From Mobula hypostoma (Eukaryota), in assembly GCF_963921235.1 (NCBI RefSeq), contig NC_086097.1, positions 7,006,001 through 7,070,000 of the forward strand: a stretch of 64,000 nucleotides of DNA, read 5' to 3'. Positions 63,177 to 64,000 of the stretch are shown here, piece by piece. The notes beneath the pieces were generated by a model that was not told where the DNA came from, made no database searches, and was given only the letters and a program-made list of their open reading frames with translations. Every line of letters starts with the position of its first letter. The first letter of the stretch is position 1. The translations under genes were made by a program, and so were the position numbers.

Positions 63177-64000
63177 CTGAAGATCTATTCTGGGCCCATG
63201 TTTTTGCAATTACAAAGAAGGCTATGTTTCTTGAGGTGTTTGAGGACATTTGGAGCAGATATGTTACCAAAGACTCCAGCAAATTTCTACTTATGTACCA
63301 TGGAGAGCATTCTAACCAGTTGCATCACTGTTATGAGGGGCCACAGCACAAAATCACAAAATGGTGCAGAAAGTTGCAAACCCATCCAGCTTCATCATGG
63401 GCACTAGCCTCCTGCAGCATCAAGGACATGTTCAAAAGACTATGCCTTTAAAAGGACCCTCATCATGCAGGGCATGCCATTTTCTCATTGCTACTATCAA
63501 GCAAGTGGTACAGGAGTCTGAAGACACACACTCAACATTTTACGAGCAGCTTCTTTCCCTCTGCCATCCGATTTCTGAACCAACAATAAATTCATGTACA
63601 CTATTTTTTTGAAAAAAAGAAAGAAAGAAAGAAGGAAAAAAGAACCCCTACTAACTAAAACAAAAAAACTCCTGCTAACAAAAAAAAACTGAAAAAAAAA
63701 CCCATTGGGAGCACAACCCCGGAGCTATACGCCATACAAGCTTCCATAAAAGGAAAACGTCAATCCGCCAACTGAAATCCATTTAAACAAGAATCAGAAG
63801 GAAACTATCTTAATTAATTCAAATCAGCTGTTTTAACACTTTATTTTGTTTCTTCTTATTATTGATATATTGTTTAGCTTTGTTAATCAGTTATTTGGTA
63901 ATTTAATTTCTCATTGTACATGTTGACATGTTGACTTGATTACTTTAATGTATTTTTTTTGTTGATCTTCAACAATAATTAATAAAAAAGATTTAAAAAT

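Overview
This is a 64 kb, repeat-dominated vertebrate intronic or intergenic region. I recognise no intact host protein-coding gene, rRNA, true tRNA or CRISPR array. The repeat set suggests a cartilaginous fish, probably a ray (inference). It includes HE1-like V-SINEs, CR1 and Rex1/Babar LINE 3' ends, GIY-YIG Penelope-like elements (PLEs), and Tc1/mariner, Tigger, hAT and Harbinger derivatives. Almost all listed ORFs are transposon debris. The most notable signal is RNA-level. PLE termini carry minimal type-I hammerhead ribozyme motifs (agtc-CTGANGA-stem II-GAAA-cGTC-gact), roughly 25-30 copies counting degenerate ones. At 44.75-45.05 kb the hammerhead motif itself has been amplified into a seven-unit 43-bp tandem array. 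Other unusual structures are a ~1 kb near-perfect PLE palindrome with a 14-bp target-site duplication (TSD), an LTR-derived insert with inverted LTR ends inside a Tc1 fossil, and an inverted ~158-bp locally templated insertion. One weak candidate host exon lies on the minus strand. All alignments were done by eye; repeat boundaries without a TSD are approximate, and only representative LINE/SINE copies are listed.
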